From the NCBI RefSeq assembly GCF_041146345.1, contig NW_027191414.1, positions 1,364,001 through 1,428,000 on the forward strand: a DNA stretch of 64,000 nucleotides. The letters are read 5' to 3'. The notes beneath the pieces are model-generated. The model had not been told where the DNA came from and ran no database searches. It saw only the letters and a list, made by a program, of their open reading frames with translations. The DNA is from Neodothiora populina (Eukaryota). The position numbers and the translations under genes were made by a program. Of the stretch, positions 54,165-64,000 are shown in pieces (the first letter of the stretch is position 1; each line of letters opens with the position of its first letter).

Positions 54165-55128
54165 GAAGGTCTAAAGCTGTATTTTACCTGGTTCAGTGTT
54201 AACGAAAAGCCGCTTGAGTCTGATCGTTGAAGATGGCATCAGCACTGAATTTAAATAGAGCTGTTCACCTTAACTCCGTGACAGGATCAAGCCTTCTTGC
54301 TCTTTACAGTAGAGCTACATTTTATCTCCGGTCTGGCATGTTACATACTGATGCTGCACTCGCTTGATTGGGCAATGGACAAGGTTTACTCCCAACGGAC
54401 TTAACATGAATAGGTACCTAAAGCCGGTGGTTTGACCAGGGTTGCAACACGACCATGTCGCTCTTTGCAAGTCTGTTGTTGAAGACAGACCCAGTCTTAC
54501 CCCTCACAGGATCAAACGGGGAAATGTGTTGAGAAGGAGTAGCATCTCTTGATATTTTCCAGCGACAAGAAAGACGCCTACGTCCGTAGTCGGCTGCTCT
54601 TCGCTTAACAGAAGCGTACAATGTGAGGTTCTATCTTGACCCTGTATCATGAATAACCTTACATACCTTAGCTAGGACTGCTCTGGGGATGGGGGCAATC
54701 CTCACGTGATTAGGCCCCGCAGCAAGAAACGAGTGCTCCATGATGGCTGTGTTCTGACCTCTGTCTTGGTATGGATAGAGATAATCATACAGTATCGGGT
54801 TCGAGGCAGGTCCGCTCTCACGTAAAACGGCAGGCGTACATCTATGGAAACGATTGTCCAAGCGGCCATATATGATGATATAGTATTGCACCGTAACACA
54901 TGGTCGCAAGCCGGTACACAAATGCTCAATTTCCAAGCACTCACTGCAATCACGTGCTAAGAATTTCACTGAAAGGAAACCAGAAAAATGGACTGGACGA
55001 GCCTAGTGGCCATTGTAGTTAATCAGAAAGTATATACACATCAAAATCCTGCAGCCTGTGAACCCTACTATACCACTAACTCCTGTAAGCTAAAGGAAAC
55101 ACCTTCATCTTCACACTGTCCCGGACGT

Positions 55129-56226
55129 CTATCGCTCCAGTAAATCCTCCCGAGGGGTATCTTGTCTATGCATTCGCTCCCGAGTGTCACAACCCAGCCA
55201 CAACAGATCCGGGCGGCTGTAATGCCCACAGATATCTAGGAAGCTTCGCGCGAAAATGGCATGGCTGAAATCGAGGTCTGCAAAGACGCAACCTTCGGTA
55301 GTGGGACCTAGAGACTCACTAATGACACGACCGTCTGGCCCGACCACAGCAGATGATCCACCTCCGGCGGCGTTCATGAGCATACCGGCCTCGGTCGACA
55401 TGGCCTTTATGCCCTTTTCGGTGATGACCTGTGTCGCATGTAGCACGAAGGCTTGTGATTCGATTGCGTAGACTTGAGACAGACTCAAGCATCCTAAGTT
55501 GACTATTCAGTACAAAGGGAGCCCAAGAATGTGTGTGGTTCTACTGACCTTCTGAAGTCATCGACCAGAGACCCGGTCCACCATCGTGTGGCACGATCGG
55601 CGGCCAAGCCGAGCAATGGATGTCTTCCTTCTGATGGATGCTGTGATACTTGAGCAGAGGCTGGGTGTGTTCCCAGCAGGCGAGCGTTCCCACGCGTCGA
55701 TCGAGAGATGTGGATGCTACATTAAAGAGACTCTTGCCAGAAGCGTCTCCGAAGATGGTTCTTTCCATGTGAGTAGCCTTGAGCTTGCGTCGGGTCATGA
55801 GCATCTTGCCGTCCGAGTCGATAAGCGCTTGAGCAATGTAGAGCGAGTTGTTATCGTTCTCCGAGAACCCCAAAGATACAACAACCCCTGCCTTGGCTGC
55901 ACATGCCTGAATCGTGCGCATCTCATCCGAGTCTACTGCTAAAGAGTTCTGAATGTACTTTGTGCTCAAAACAGGGTCCAGAGGACGACTCCTGTGGATA
56001 ATCCGGAGTCAGTACATTGTCTTTGCTTTCCAATATTTCGTGTGGCGACTAACCAAATCCATGCAGGATATCCTGGGATGAACGCCTCTGAGAAAGTGAC
56101 AAGTTCAGCGCCTCCTTCGGCGGCTTCTTCGATGATGTGGCATGCCTTCTGGACCGACTTCTCCAGGTTGAGCCATTCGGGCTCGTGCTGTGATACAGCG
56201 ACTCTGACTGTCGTCTTCTTAGTCAT
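55129..56226 (-). CDS. Nitrilase (carbon-nitrogen hydrolase branch 1; aliphatic/arylacetonitrilase-like), 3 exons
   Basis: Catalytic triad FSE(A)[17 protein letters not shown] and [10 protein letters not shown]-terminal [15 protein letters not shown] (not CWEN) argues against a cyanide hydratase. Confidence 0.95.
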
Positions 56227-56540
56227 GTTTGTAAGAGGTATTGTGCAAGATACGAGGCGAATATCAGGTCAAGGGTGTATGAGGATCAAAGATATGATAT
56301 TGAATGATGACTGTTTGTTGTCGAGCCAATCTGTGGCATCGACTGGCTCTTTATACAGGCACGCGACCGAGTTGCTTACGACAGTTGATAATACAAGCTA
56401 CGCGCTCGTAGCTGATCACAGATAAGGTCATGAACGACCCCGTAAAGAGTAATCTGACTTATCTTACCTTATACTTAACTCTAATACCGTGTGGCAGGAC
56501 ATTTACGGTCAGATCTGCTCTCACTACGGCCTATCTGGGA

Positions 56541-56727
56541 TGCGGATAGGTCTTCCGCAGTGGTGAGAGTTTCATGGTCTCACGCATGCCCAGACACGGC
56601 GGGGTAAAGCATGCTTAAAGGGGTCCAGAGGAGCGTCTAATCTTGCCGATCCCGCTCGTTACTCGTTATATGATACGTACTCAAATGCTGCGACGGAGGT
56701 ATGGCTATCTGCGGATTTCGTACCGCA
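56541..56727. promoter_or_regulatory. Two CGG-triplet palindromes in the nitrilase promoter (candidate Zn2Cys6 sites)
   Basis: TGCGGA-taggtct-TCCGCA at 56541-56559 and TGCGGA-tttcgt-ACCGCA at 56710-56727. Confidence 0.6.
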
Positions 56728-56841
56728 CTCGCGATAATCAATATCCGCTGTCTCAAGCTGATATATACAAGTAGATTACTCGCCAAGTAGATGTATTATG
56801 CTTCGCACGAGCCGTTCAGACAATTTAAAATTGGTATGCAT

Positions 56842-59159
56842 TCATACATTATATGTCGTTGGCCCTTCGTTATCAAACAGCCAGTCAAGGTATGAAGCAT
56901 CCATACCCTGAATAGCAGATGCCAGGTCATCATCATGTTGCAGTGGTGGATCTTCCCAGAAACTCTCGATTGTGGCGTGTAGCGCTATATGGTCGAGCCC
57001 GTCATCAACTCGTATGGCATGAGATGCGAATCCAGGATCGACTCGAGGTGTCGCGTCTTTCTTTGCTGCCTCTCGTGGATTCGATAATGGCCCACTGTGC
57101 GCGATTGGCAAGGTCCATACGACTTCCCACTTGTGGGCAAGCTCTTGTATTCGCCTGAAAGCAGCTCGGGCACGATGACCCCATCTGTCTTGCATCTCGT
57201 ACAGGGCGTCCACGCAGATCCGCACACCATTGGCAGATCGCCGGCCGAGAGGAGTGCGACCTGCAGTAGCATTGAGTAGATGAATGACAGCGGCCGTGAG
57301 AATGTAGTCTATTATCTGAGGGGAAATGCTCGTGAAACTTCGTAGTCGGCGGTAGGCGCGAACGATCTTGGTTATGGTTGCCGCAGCCGTAGTCACCGAC
57401 TGAATGGCAAACCGGCCTGCCGGACTCTTGCCTGATTCATCAAGCAGCGGCCGATGAATCAATATGAGCGAGGTTTGATAGCTGAGTTGTAGCCAGACTA
57501 CAGAATCTGGCATGTATCCTTTGCTCAGTCGCAGTGCTTCATCATTCTCGCTGTTGAACTTCACGAGACTTTGATGTGAACGAAGCACCAGAGCTGTTTT
57601 ATCCTTCCTATCGAGCTGCGCCCAGCCGAAGGCGTATCTGATGATATTGTCAGTCACACGGCGTGTACAAATGGAGAGGGCTCATTTTACGTTTGATCCA
57701 TACAGGAGTCCCATAGATGCCATAGTTCGCAGAATCGGTCGTGCGCTATGTCGTCGACACCAGGGGCGCCTGGTAGTATAGATAAGAAGGAGGGCTGCCG
57801 AACTCGTTGCCAATGCATAGTACAATTCATGCCCAGGCTAGACGTAACAAGCCTTGGAAAAGAAAAAAAGTTAGGCTAAGAGTCCGCTGCGTATGTTGGG
57901 GTCCATCATACCGATCTACTGAAAAATATGCAGAAAAGGAGCGTACACGACGTTTGTAAGCAGACGAGTGGACTGCAAAAGAAGAGTCTGGACTAGTCAA
58001 TGCAGTTACGTGCAGTCCAAGGTGTAGGACTTGTCCTGTTGCCATTGCTAGAGGCGGAGAAATGTCAGTATCATGACTTGTTGCATACCATCGTAACACA
58101 TGTGCAGAGGTCAGCTCACCTATCCAGTTGTATGCCATGCTGTGAGCACCAAGCATTAGGTCTCTCCAACCGAGCAAGGCCAATCCTTGGATAACCAGGT
58201 CACTCGGTTGACTCGCGATACATTGCAATGCAAGATTTGAAGCATTAGAGTAGTAGTTTTCCTCAAGCAACCGGACATGCTGCTGGCCCGAGAAGAATGA
58301 TGCAACCGCAAACAAGGCGTTATTGCGAAAATGGGCGTCTAGTTCGTTTTCACCTTCACTGCCATTGACAAGCAGATTGGCGTCTTCTGAATCAAGAAAA
58401 CGGTGATAGACATTGAATTCGTCCATGAAACATGCCACCAGATGCTGCCTGAGCTCATGGTTGGAGGATGTTGATAGGCTAGTGTTTAGTTCTCTGACAT
58501 TCGCCTTTGGACCAGCCTGAGACACCGAATGTGAATCAGGCACCGTACTCTGGATAGAAGAAATCGTGAAAGAAGGCTCTCCACGGTCCTCAATTTGCAC
58601 CTTAAGCATCAAGGAAGAAAGTTCTTCAATGGCAGCTGAAGATCTGATATATGGTGAATCGCCGCTTCCTTCGTAATCATCGAAGGATGTGTTCCCTATG
58701 AGGTCTGAGGACGTGCTTCTCTCTTGACCGATGCCTTCGTGCTCATGAGCCAGTGCTCTGGAGGGATCTGCGAAAGACCTATCATGCTCATTCGATGATC
58801 TGGCTTCCAGCAGTGCGTTTTGCAGTGTATTAATCTGGTCTTGTAGATTGCGTATGAGCTCTTCATCTTGATACTTTCGTCTGTTTGGCTGTCAGCACTG
58901 CCTCACAAGCGTAGCAGAACGTGAGCATCTCATCATACTTGCGACTCGTCTCCGGGATGTACAAGCATGTGCGCCCTGATCGCTGACACAGGAAGCAAGT
59001 AGGTTTTGCGCCATCGCACTAACTCAAGGTCAATTACAAGCGACTAATATCATACACTGCACATCTTATGCAATAATGCCCTACCTTGCGCTTCCCTTTG
59101 CGACACTCCTCGCAGGCGTTCTTAACGCGAGCACGTGGTTTAGTCTGTTCGTCGTCCAT
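56842..59159 (-). CDS. Zn(II)2Cys6 binuclear-cluster transcription factor with fungal middle-homology domain, multi-exon
   Basis: ACEECRKGKRK|CDGAKPTCFLCQRSGRTCLY, a coiled-coil linker, LHLGLH..RRVRSF..YFSVDR and LILIHRP. Confidence 0.93.
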
Positions 59160-59408
59160 CGAGAGCGTCTGGTCTTGGCACTTGCGGATTATGTCTTGAC
59201 CGAGAAATTAATTAATCAACCCGTAGCATTCTAGATCACAACGACATCAGGCGGCCAACGAGCTTACCATCTTACGGGTTCAGTCTTCATGAACAATACG
59301 AAGTCGTGACAAGAGCTGTTGTCGAGAGCAGCCCGTCCCCCACTCGTTTTACCTTCCACGCCAATCCGTTCAGAGCTGCCTTCCGAAAGTCTAAATCTAT
59401 ATCGCTTT

Positions 59409-59523
59409 TGCGGATGCATCATCCGCACATTCTTATCAATAGACTTCATCTGCATCGTTAGTACAGGGTACAGGTCAAGACAAATTGGAGTTGAGAAGAG
59501 TAATGCGGAATCCATGTTCCGCA
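59409..59523. promoter_or_regulatory. Two CGG-triplet palindromes in the divergent TF/oxd promoter (candidate Zn2Cys6 sites)
   Basis: TGCGGATG-cat-CATCCGCA at 59409-59427 and TGCGGAA-tccatg-TTCCGCA at 59504-59523. Confidence 0.6.
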
Positions 59524-59743
59524 AGATCGATACTGCTACCACAAGGTTGTCAAGTACGGGGTTAGTGTAACGATAAGGTAAGGTAGGTAAGCGGTGGATC
59601 TGCAAGATATATATGGGATGGAATGAATCTCGATGATTGCAATTACTTCAATTCTCATTCGCCAGTATTTTCATCCGATTTGCAAAGCACAGTTTGGTCA
59701 GGGCCACCCTCATAGCTAGAGAACGTTGTCATATCAAGCAGAC

Positions 59744-60841
59744 ATGGTATTTCTCATCGATCTGGGTGATGAAGATCTCCTTTTCACGTACGCTATCTTC
59801 GGCGTTCAGCACCCGACGATGAGCGCGGAGAAGAAACGTCAAATCAGTACTCTACATGACTTGTTGTCATCATCTGCTGGACGTGTAGACCAGCTATGCG
59901 ATGAAGATCATGGCACAAAAGGAGGACACATGCCCCCTTCAACGACTTTCGTTGCATACTGGCTACGCAGCAGTGACTACGAGGAGTTTGCCCAATCGAA
60001 GGCATTTGCAGACTTCTGGAATGATCTACCCGACGATGCTGGCGTCTGGCGGGAGGTCATGACCGTGCCAAAGGCGCGTTATATGTTCGCTGCGAGTCAA
60101 GAAGTGAAGTGGGGCTTAGCCACGATGTCGGAGCTGAAGATCAGTAACGATGAGGGCTATTGGGGAGTATATCGACACCGATTGGGCGATGTAGGAGACA
60201 CATATACGTCTCCATATGTAACCAACACCATGAATAGCACCACCTCTCCAGAGACCGCAGCTGAAAATGTAGAGACTGCGAGACCAGTCTTGAGCATACC
60301 CCAGCCAGGGTCACCAAGCATCGAAGGCGAACAACCGATTCGACGTGGCAAGGTCACCATTACGAATCCACCAGATAACCTATGCTTCGTTCGCGAAGGA
60401 CAGCGCCAGCCTCACGTTTCAAAAGAGGAGGTCGATCTATGGATCGAACACATCTCCCCTCACGCAGCCTCCTGGATTGACCATCTTGACACCAATCGTC
60501 AGAAGAATGGAGTCATGACATTTACAACCCACGTTGGACGTGACAGAGTCGCGAGCAGTGACACTGTCGTAGAAGCTGCACCTGTAGCTGAGACAAACCA
60601 GCTGGCATTCTTCCTTGATCTTGCACATTTTGAGCGTGCAGGAAGAAGTCACAAAGGACACGTACAATTAAGGAAGAATGTCATGCAGCATTATGGACCG
60701 GGAGGCCAGATGCAGAAGCTTGGCAAGGCGGAACTGTTTGTCGAGTTATGTGTCTTGAAGAGCGGTGACTTGATCGCTGAGTATATTGGATGTACAGAAG
60801 GGACCGGGCTGATGTGGCTCGAGTCAGACACGAAGAATTGA
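59744..60841 (+). CDS. Heme-containing aldoxime dehydratase (Oxd) homolog with non-canonical catalytic residues, single exon, 365 aa
   Basis: FGVQ, VAYW, GVWREV, EGYWGVYRHRL, DNLCFVREGQ, FERAGRSHKGH and AEYIGCTEGTGL align with Oxd blocks (EHGYWGSMRER, NIALIRSGQ, ERWSESHPTH, EYINCHPGTGM). First ATG is at 59744. Confidence 0.88.
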   Translation: MVFLIDLGDEDLLFTYAIFGVQHPTMSAEKKRQISTLHDLLSSSAGRVDQLCDEDHGTKGGHMPPSTTFVAYWLRSSDYEEFAQSKAFADFWNDLPDDAGVWREVMTVPKARYMFAASQEVKWGLATMSELKISNDEGYWGVYRHRLGDVGDTYTSPYVTNTMNSTTSPETAAENVETARPVLSIPQPGSPSIEGEQPIRRGKVTITNPPDNLCFVREGQRQPHVSKEEVDLWIEHISPHAASWIDHLDTNRQKNGVMTFTTHVGRDRVASSDTVVEAAPVAETNQLAFFLDLAHFERAGRSHKGHVQLRKNVMQHYGPGGQMQKLGKAELFVELCVLKSGDLIAEYIGCTEGTGLMWLESDTKN

Positions 60842-62321
60842 CCGCTCGTAACCGCATATTCGAACAGGCTCAACTCGTATGCTCAGAACACTGGTTGTCT
60901 TCAGCTTCGTCGTATACTCATATGCAATACGTACATGTTGACTATTTTGTCGAAGGTGATGTTGTTAGTGATGATCCTGAAGCTAGTTTGCCATAGTGAC
61001 AACCCCTGTAGATCTGCCGAACCAGAAGCGACCCCGGATCCGCAACCTACGGGTCCAGTTTTCAATGGTTGGTATCTACAACAAATCTCCATCGTGTCAC
61101 GACGTGCCATTACCAACCTGTGTTGCTATATCTTCGCTAGACTCACTTGTATACTTTACCGGTGACGAGTGCCCTGGGTGGTGTTGCAATTGAATCTACA
61201 TGTGATGATTCGGCCCATATCCGAGACGGTCAGTCCGGATCATACTGTAGCATGAATGAGTTCATCATGACTCAGCTGCTGTACTGGTCTTCCAGCACAG
61301 ATTGTTGTATCAGTTGCCTACCATGTAAGCCTATCAGGAATGGACATGTATTGCATCGTCGCGACCACATGTGATCAAAGCTGTCACGCTGGGCTGCTAC
61401 CACGGACATATGATCAGCAGATGTTGAGATGTATGGATGCAGCTCTGCCAGGGTCCATTGGTGCTTTTGGAAATATGCAGATATAATCTTATCATCCGCC
61501 GGTACTATACCTACTATGGATCAGCTCTTAGAAACTGGATCAATATCATGAACGACAACGGCGGCCAGATCGATGAACAATAATTCACTCGACAGTTTCA
61601 CGAAAGCTACTACACCTGTGTTTCTCCGGATCCGTTTTCGTATCTTACAGCAAGAGTACACCGGTTCTGAACCTCATCAAGATTCTGCAGATGATGCCAG
61701 CAGCTCTGCTTGGCAATATCCGTGCAAATAAACGCATGATCATCCTGGCCAGGATATATACGAGATCATCCTATTTCTTACTTCCACGGTCCAATAGTTG
61801 TGCTCGCATGCTACTCCACAGGATGAAACGGCAAGCACGGCTAACACTTCCGGCCATGGCATGCGATTTCTGCTGTTTATTGGATTCGAGAAATATAGCC
61901 TTGCTCAGAACGAGTAATTTCTCGGAGAACTCAGCGGGAGAATCCATTCGAAGGTCATATCGCACCACTGCCAAGGACATCCAGAAACGTCCATATTACG
62001 AGTTTGCAGCGCGGGTCAGGCATTCCACGTTGTCATTGTGGAGTCCGATATATCGGTAAGGCATAGACACCTTAAGTCTTCGTGGCTGGTCCACTATATG
62101 GTCTATGCGGCTGACATTGCTCAACAGGCCAAGAGTCCTACCATATGCACTGTTCAGACCCCCGCTATTAACGTCACACCGTATGTATCCCTTCATGACA
62201 TGTATAAAGGAGTGTGAGAGTACGAGGATGGTCTCTTTCTCTGCCATTGACTGTAATTCTTCAGATCATAGACTCCGACCTTAACGTATCCCAATCTGAA
62301 ACAACCGCAAAGAAAGCCAAC

Positions 62322-62754
62322 ATGTCTTTCCACCTTTCTGCCCAGGAGATCCACATCGCCGACAACCACATCCTCAGAGCACGTCTCCAGACCGAGAGCG
62401 GCGAATGGCGGGAATCCGAGATCGATCTTGACAACCACATTGGAAACATCAACGGCATGTTCCAATGGGACAGCGCTGGTGAGTGGAGTCTCTCCTGCAA
62501 CGAAGAAGCAAGTAAGAGTTGACCATGTCCAAGGTTTCTCCCAGACTGCTCAGAACGCACACTTCGCCATCGAGGGTGGCGGTCAAGTCCCCGTCCTCCG
62601 TGCTGAGCTGTTCAACGAGGCCGGCGAGCCCATCTCCCGCGACGTGAACTTGGCCGAGAGAATCGAGAACCACGACGGTCAATTCGTCTACAGTATGAGA
62701 TCCATCTGATCAAGTCACAAAGATATGCCAGCTGACAATTGCCCGATAGCCTAA
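62322..62754 (+). CDS. Cyanovirin-N homology (CVNH) lectin, exons 62322-62478, 62534-62692, 62750-62754
   Basis: MSFHLSAQEI..HILRARL..SEIDLDNHIGNINGMFQW..GFSQTA..VLRAEL..DVNLAERIENHDGQF; internal two-repeat CVNH pattern. Confidence 0.92.
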
Positions 62755-63651
62755 GCCCGCTAGAGGATTGCTCGTTCTAGAGGGTATATGATCGAATCGA
62801 CATACCACTAAGACTGGATTGTCAACATCGCGGAAGCGATAGTTTGTATATTAGCATGTTCAGTATGACACACCAATGCAGTGCTGCTTCTACTAGAAAC
62901 GCCTTTGCCCCTGGTTGAAACCATCCCACGTGATGCTGCTACGTAGCCATGACTCGTTATCGGACGAGGAGAACGATAGTAAAAGCATACCCAGTAATGT
63001 GTTCTTGCTTCCGCGTTGAATGGGTCTTGTATTCTTATATTACCTTTGGTATGTTAATGGAACAGGGAGAGGTCCCCAACAGTGATTCGCACCTCGCCAA
63101 CTCCATGCTTCGAGCTATGTCTCCTCAAGCTATCGTACACGCCATATCTGATACAGACGTGAATTGCGGAGTGCTGTCGTATGAGCGTATACTCAACACG
63201 TCATGAGCCGCTGAAGTGCGCGGATGGAGATTTGTCGCAGCATTGTTTTCAGGCCGACACTAGAGCTTTGACCACAGCAGCGCCACATGAGGCTACGCGA
63301 GTAAGCAGCATAGCGACACCTTCGCTGAGTCACAAATGCTCTGAGAAAGTCGTTACGATCTTCTTTATGCTACGTGCTACGTCTGCCCAGCCAGATAAGC
63401 AGAATCCGGGGTAGGGCAAACTCTCATATCTTACCATCAGTCTGGAGACTTCAGGTAAGGGTAGGTAAGTGCCACGTGTATCTCACCTTACCTTACTGTA
63501 CCTAATTGTACCTTACCTTTGAACAGTCCTTTAGATACTTTACCTGCTCTCGGCCTAGACCAGCCAGCAAGAAAGCGATTCTCCCACATCCCCATTGCCT
63601 GACAAAAATATTGTATCCTGATCTCGCGTAAAGGAAGACGCCGATTGGGCA

Positions 63652-63993
63652 ATGGAGTACCTCAAGGCACGTACCTTACTCACGGAAAGGGCCGTTACGT
63701 CACAAGCATCACCATGTGACAGGCACTGGGAAGTTGCCGAGGACACTTGCGACCAGCAGGACGGCGAAGTCCAGGTCATACCGGACATCGAGGTGATCAA
63801 AATGCGAAAGAATCGATATGTACGTGGATTGGAGTGGCAAGTGTCTACCTCAAGGGACTGGTACAGATTCGACAGATCCGTTGAGCACATAGGCGATAGC
63901 GAGTTGCGGGGTCAAGTTCTCCAGCTGCTCTGCCTATTGAATCAAATGGAAGTTCTAGGCCATGCCCTTGACAGCACTGTCGAAGGAAGTTGA
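63652..63993 (+). CDS. Possible hypothetical protein (may continue or splice beyond the window edge)
   Basis: 113-aa ATG-initiated ORF with no recognisable motif. Confidence 0.3.
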   Translation: MEYLKARTLLTERAVTSQASPCDRHWEVAEDTCDQQDGEVQVIPDIEVIKMRKNRYVRGLEWQVSTSRDWYRFDRSVEHIGDSELRGQVLQLLCLLNQMEVLGHALDSTVEGS

Positions 63994-64000
63994 AAACACT

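Noticed and set aside
63450..63545. GGTAAG/CTTACC-rich quasi-palindromic tract (similar tracts at about 24880-24915, 30845-30865 and 59574-59591)
   Set aside because: Degenerate (TACC/TACCT)n simple repeats common in fungal intergenic DNA; no spacer structure.

Overview
A 64-kb window of a gene-dense, intron-containing filamentous ascomycete genome (Pezizomycotina; Dothideomycete-like is a guess). It holds about 23 protein-coding loci. Housekeeping genes include HMT1/RMT1, a BUD7/BCH1 exomer subunit, HIR3, BRF1 and NMT1/THI5. Accessory metabolic genes include a CoA-transferase III, two SDRs, a 2OG-Fe(II) dioxygenase, an MFS transporter, a laccase, a GPR1/FUN34 transporter, an amino-acid permease and a CVNH lectin. 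Highlights: (1) a three-gene nitrilase / Zn2Cys6 regulator / aldoxime-dehydratase-like cluster (55.1-60.8 kb), whose dehydratase has a non-canonical active site (Arg kept, Ser->Glu, His->Val) and whose promoters share four TGCGGA-N6-8-WCCGCA palindromes; (2) a TPP riboswitch in the NMT1 5'-UTR intron, with two alternative 5' splice sites, two uORFs and a duplicated anti-aptamer element next to the branch point; (3) two genes with visible lesions (in-frame TAG and/or frameshift); (4) a candidate 22-nt poison micro-exon. All family assignments come from motifs recognised by eye. No database searches were run, and exon boundaries are predicted from splice signals and reading-frame continuity.
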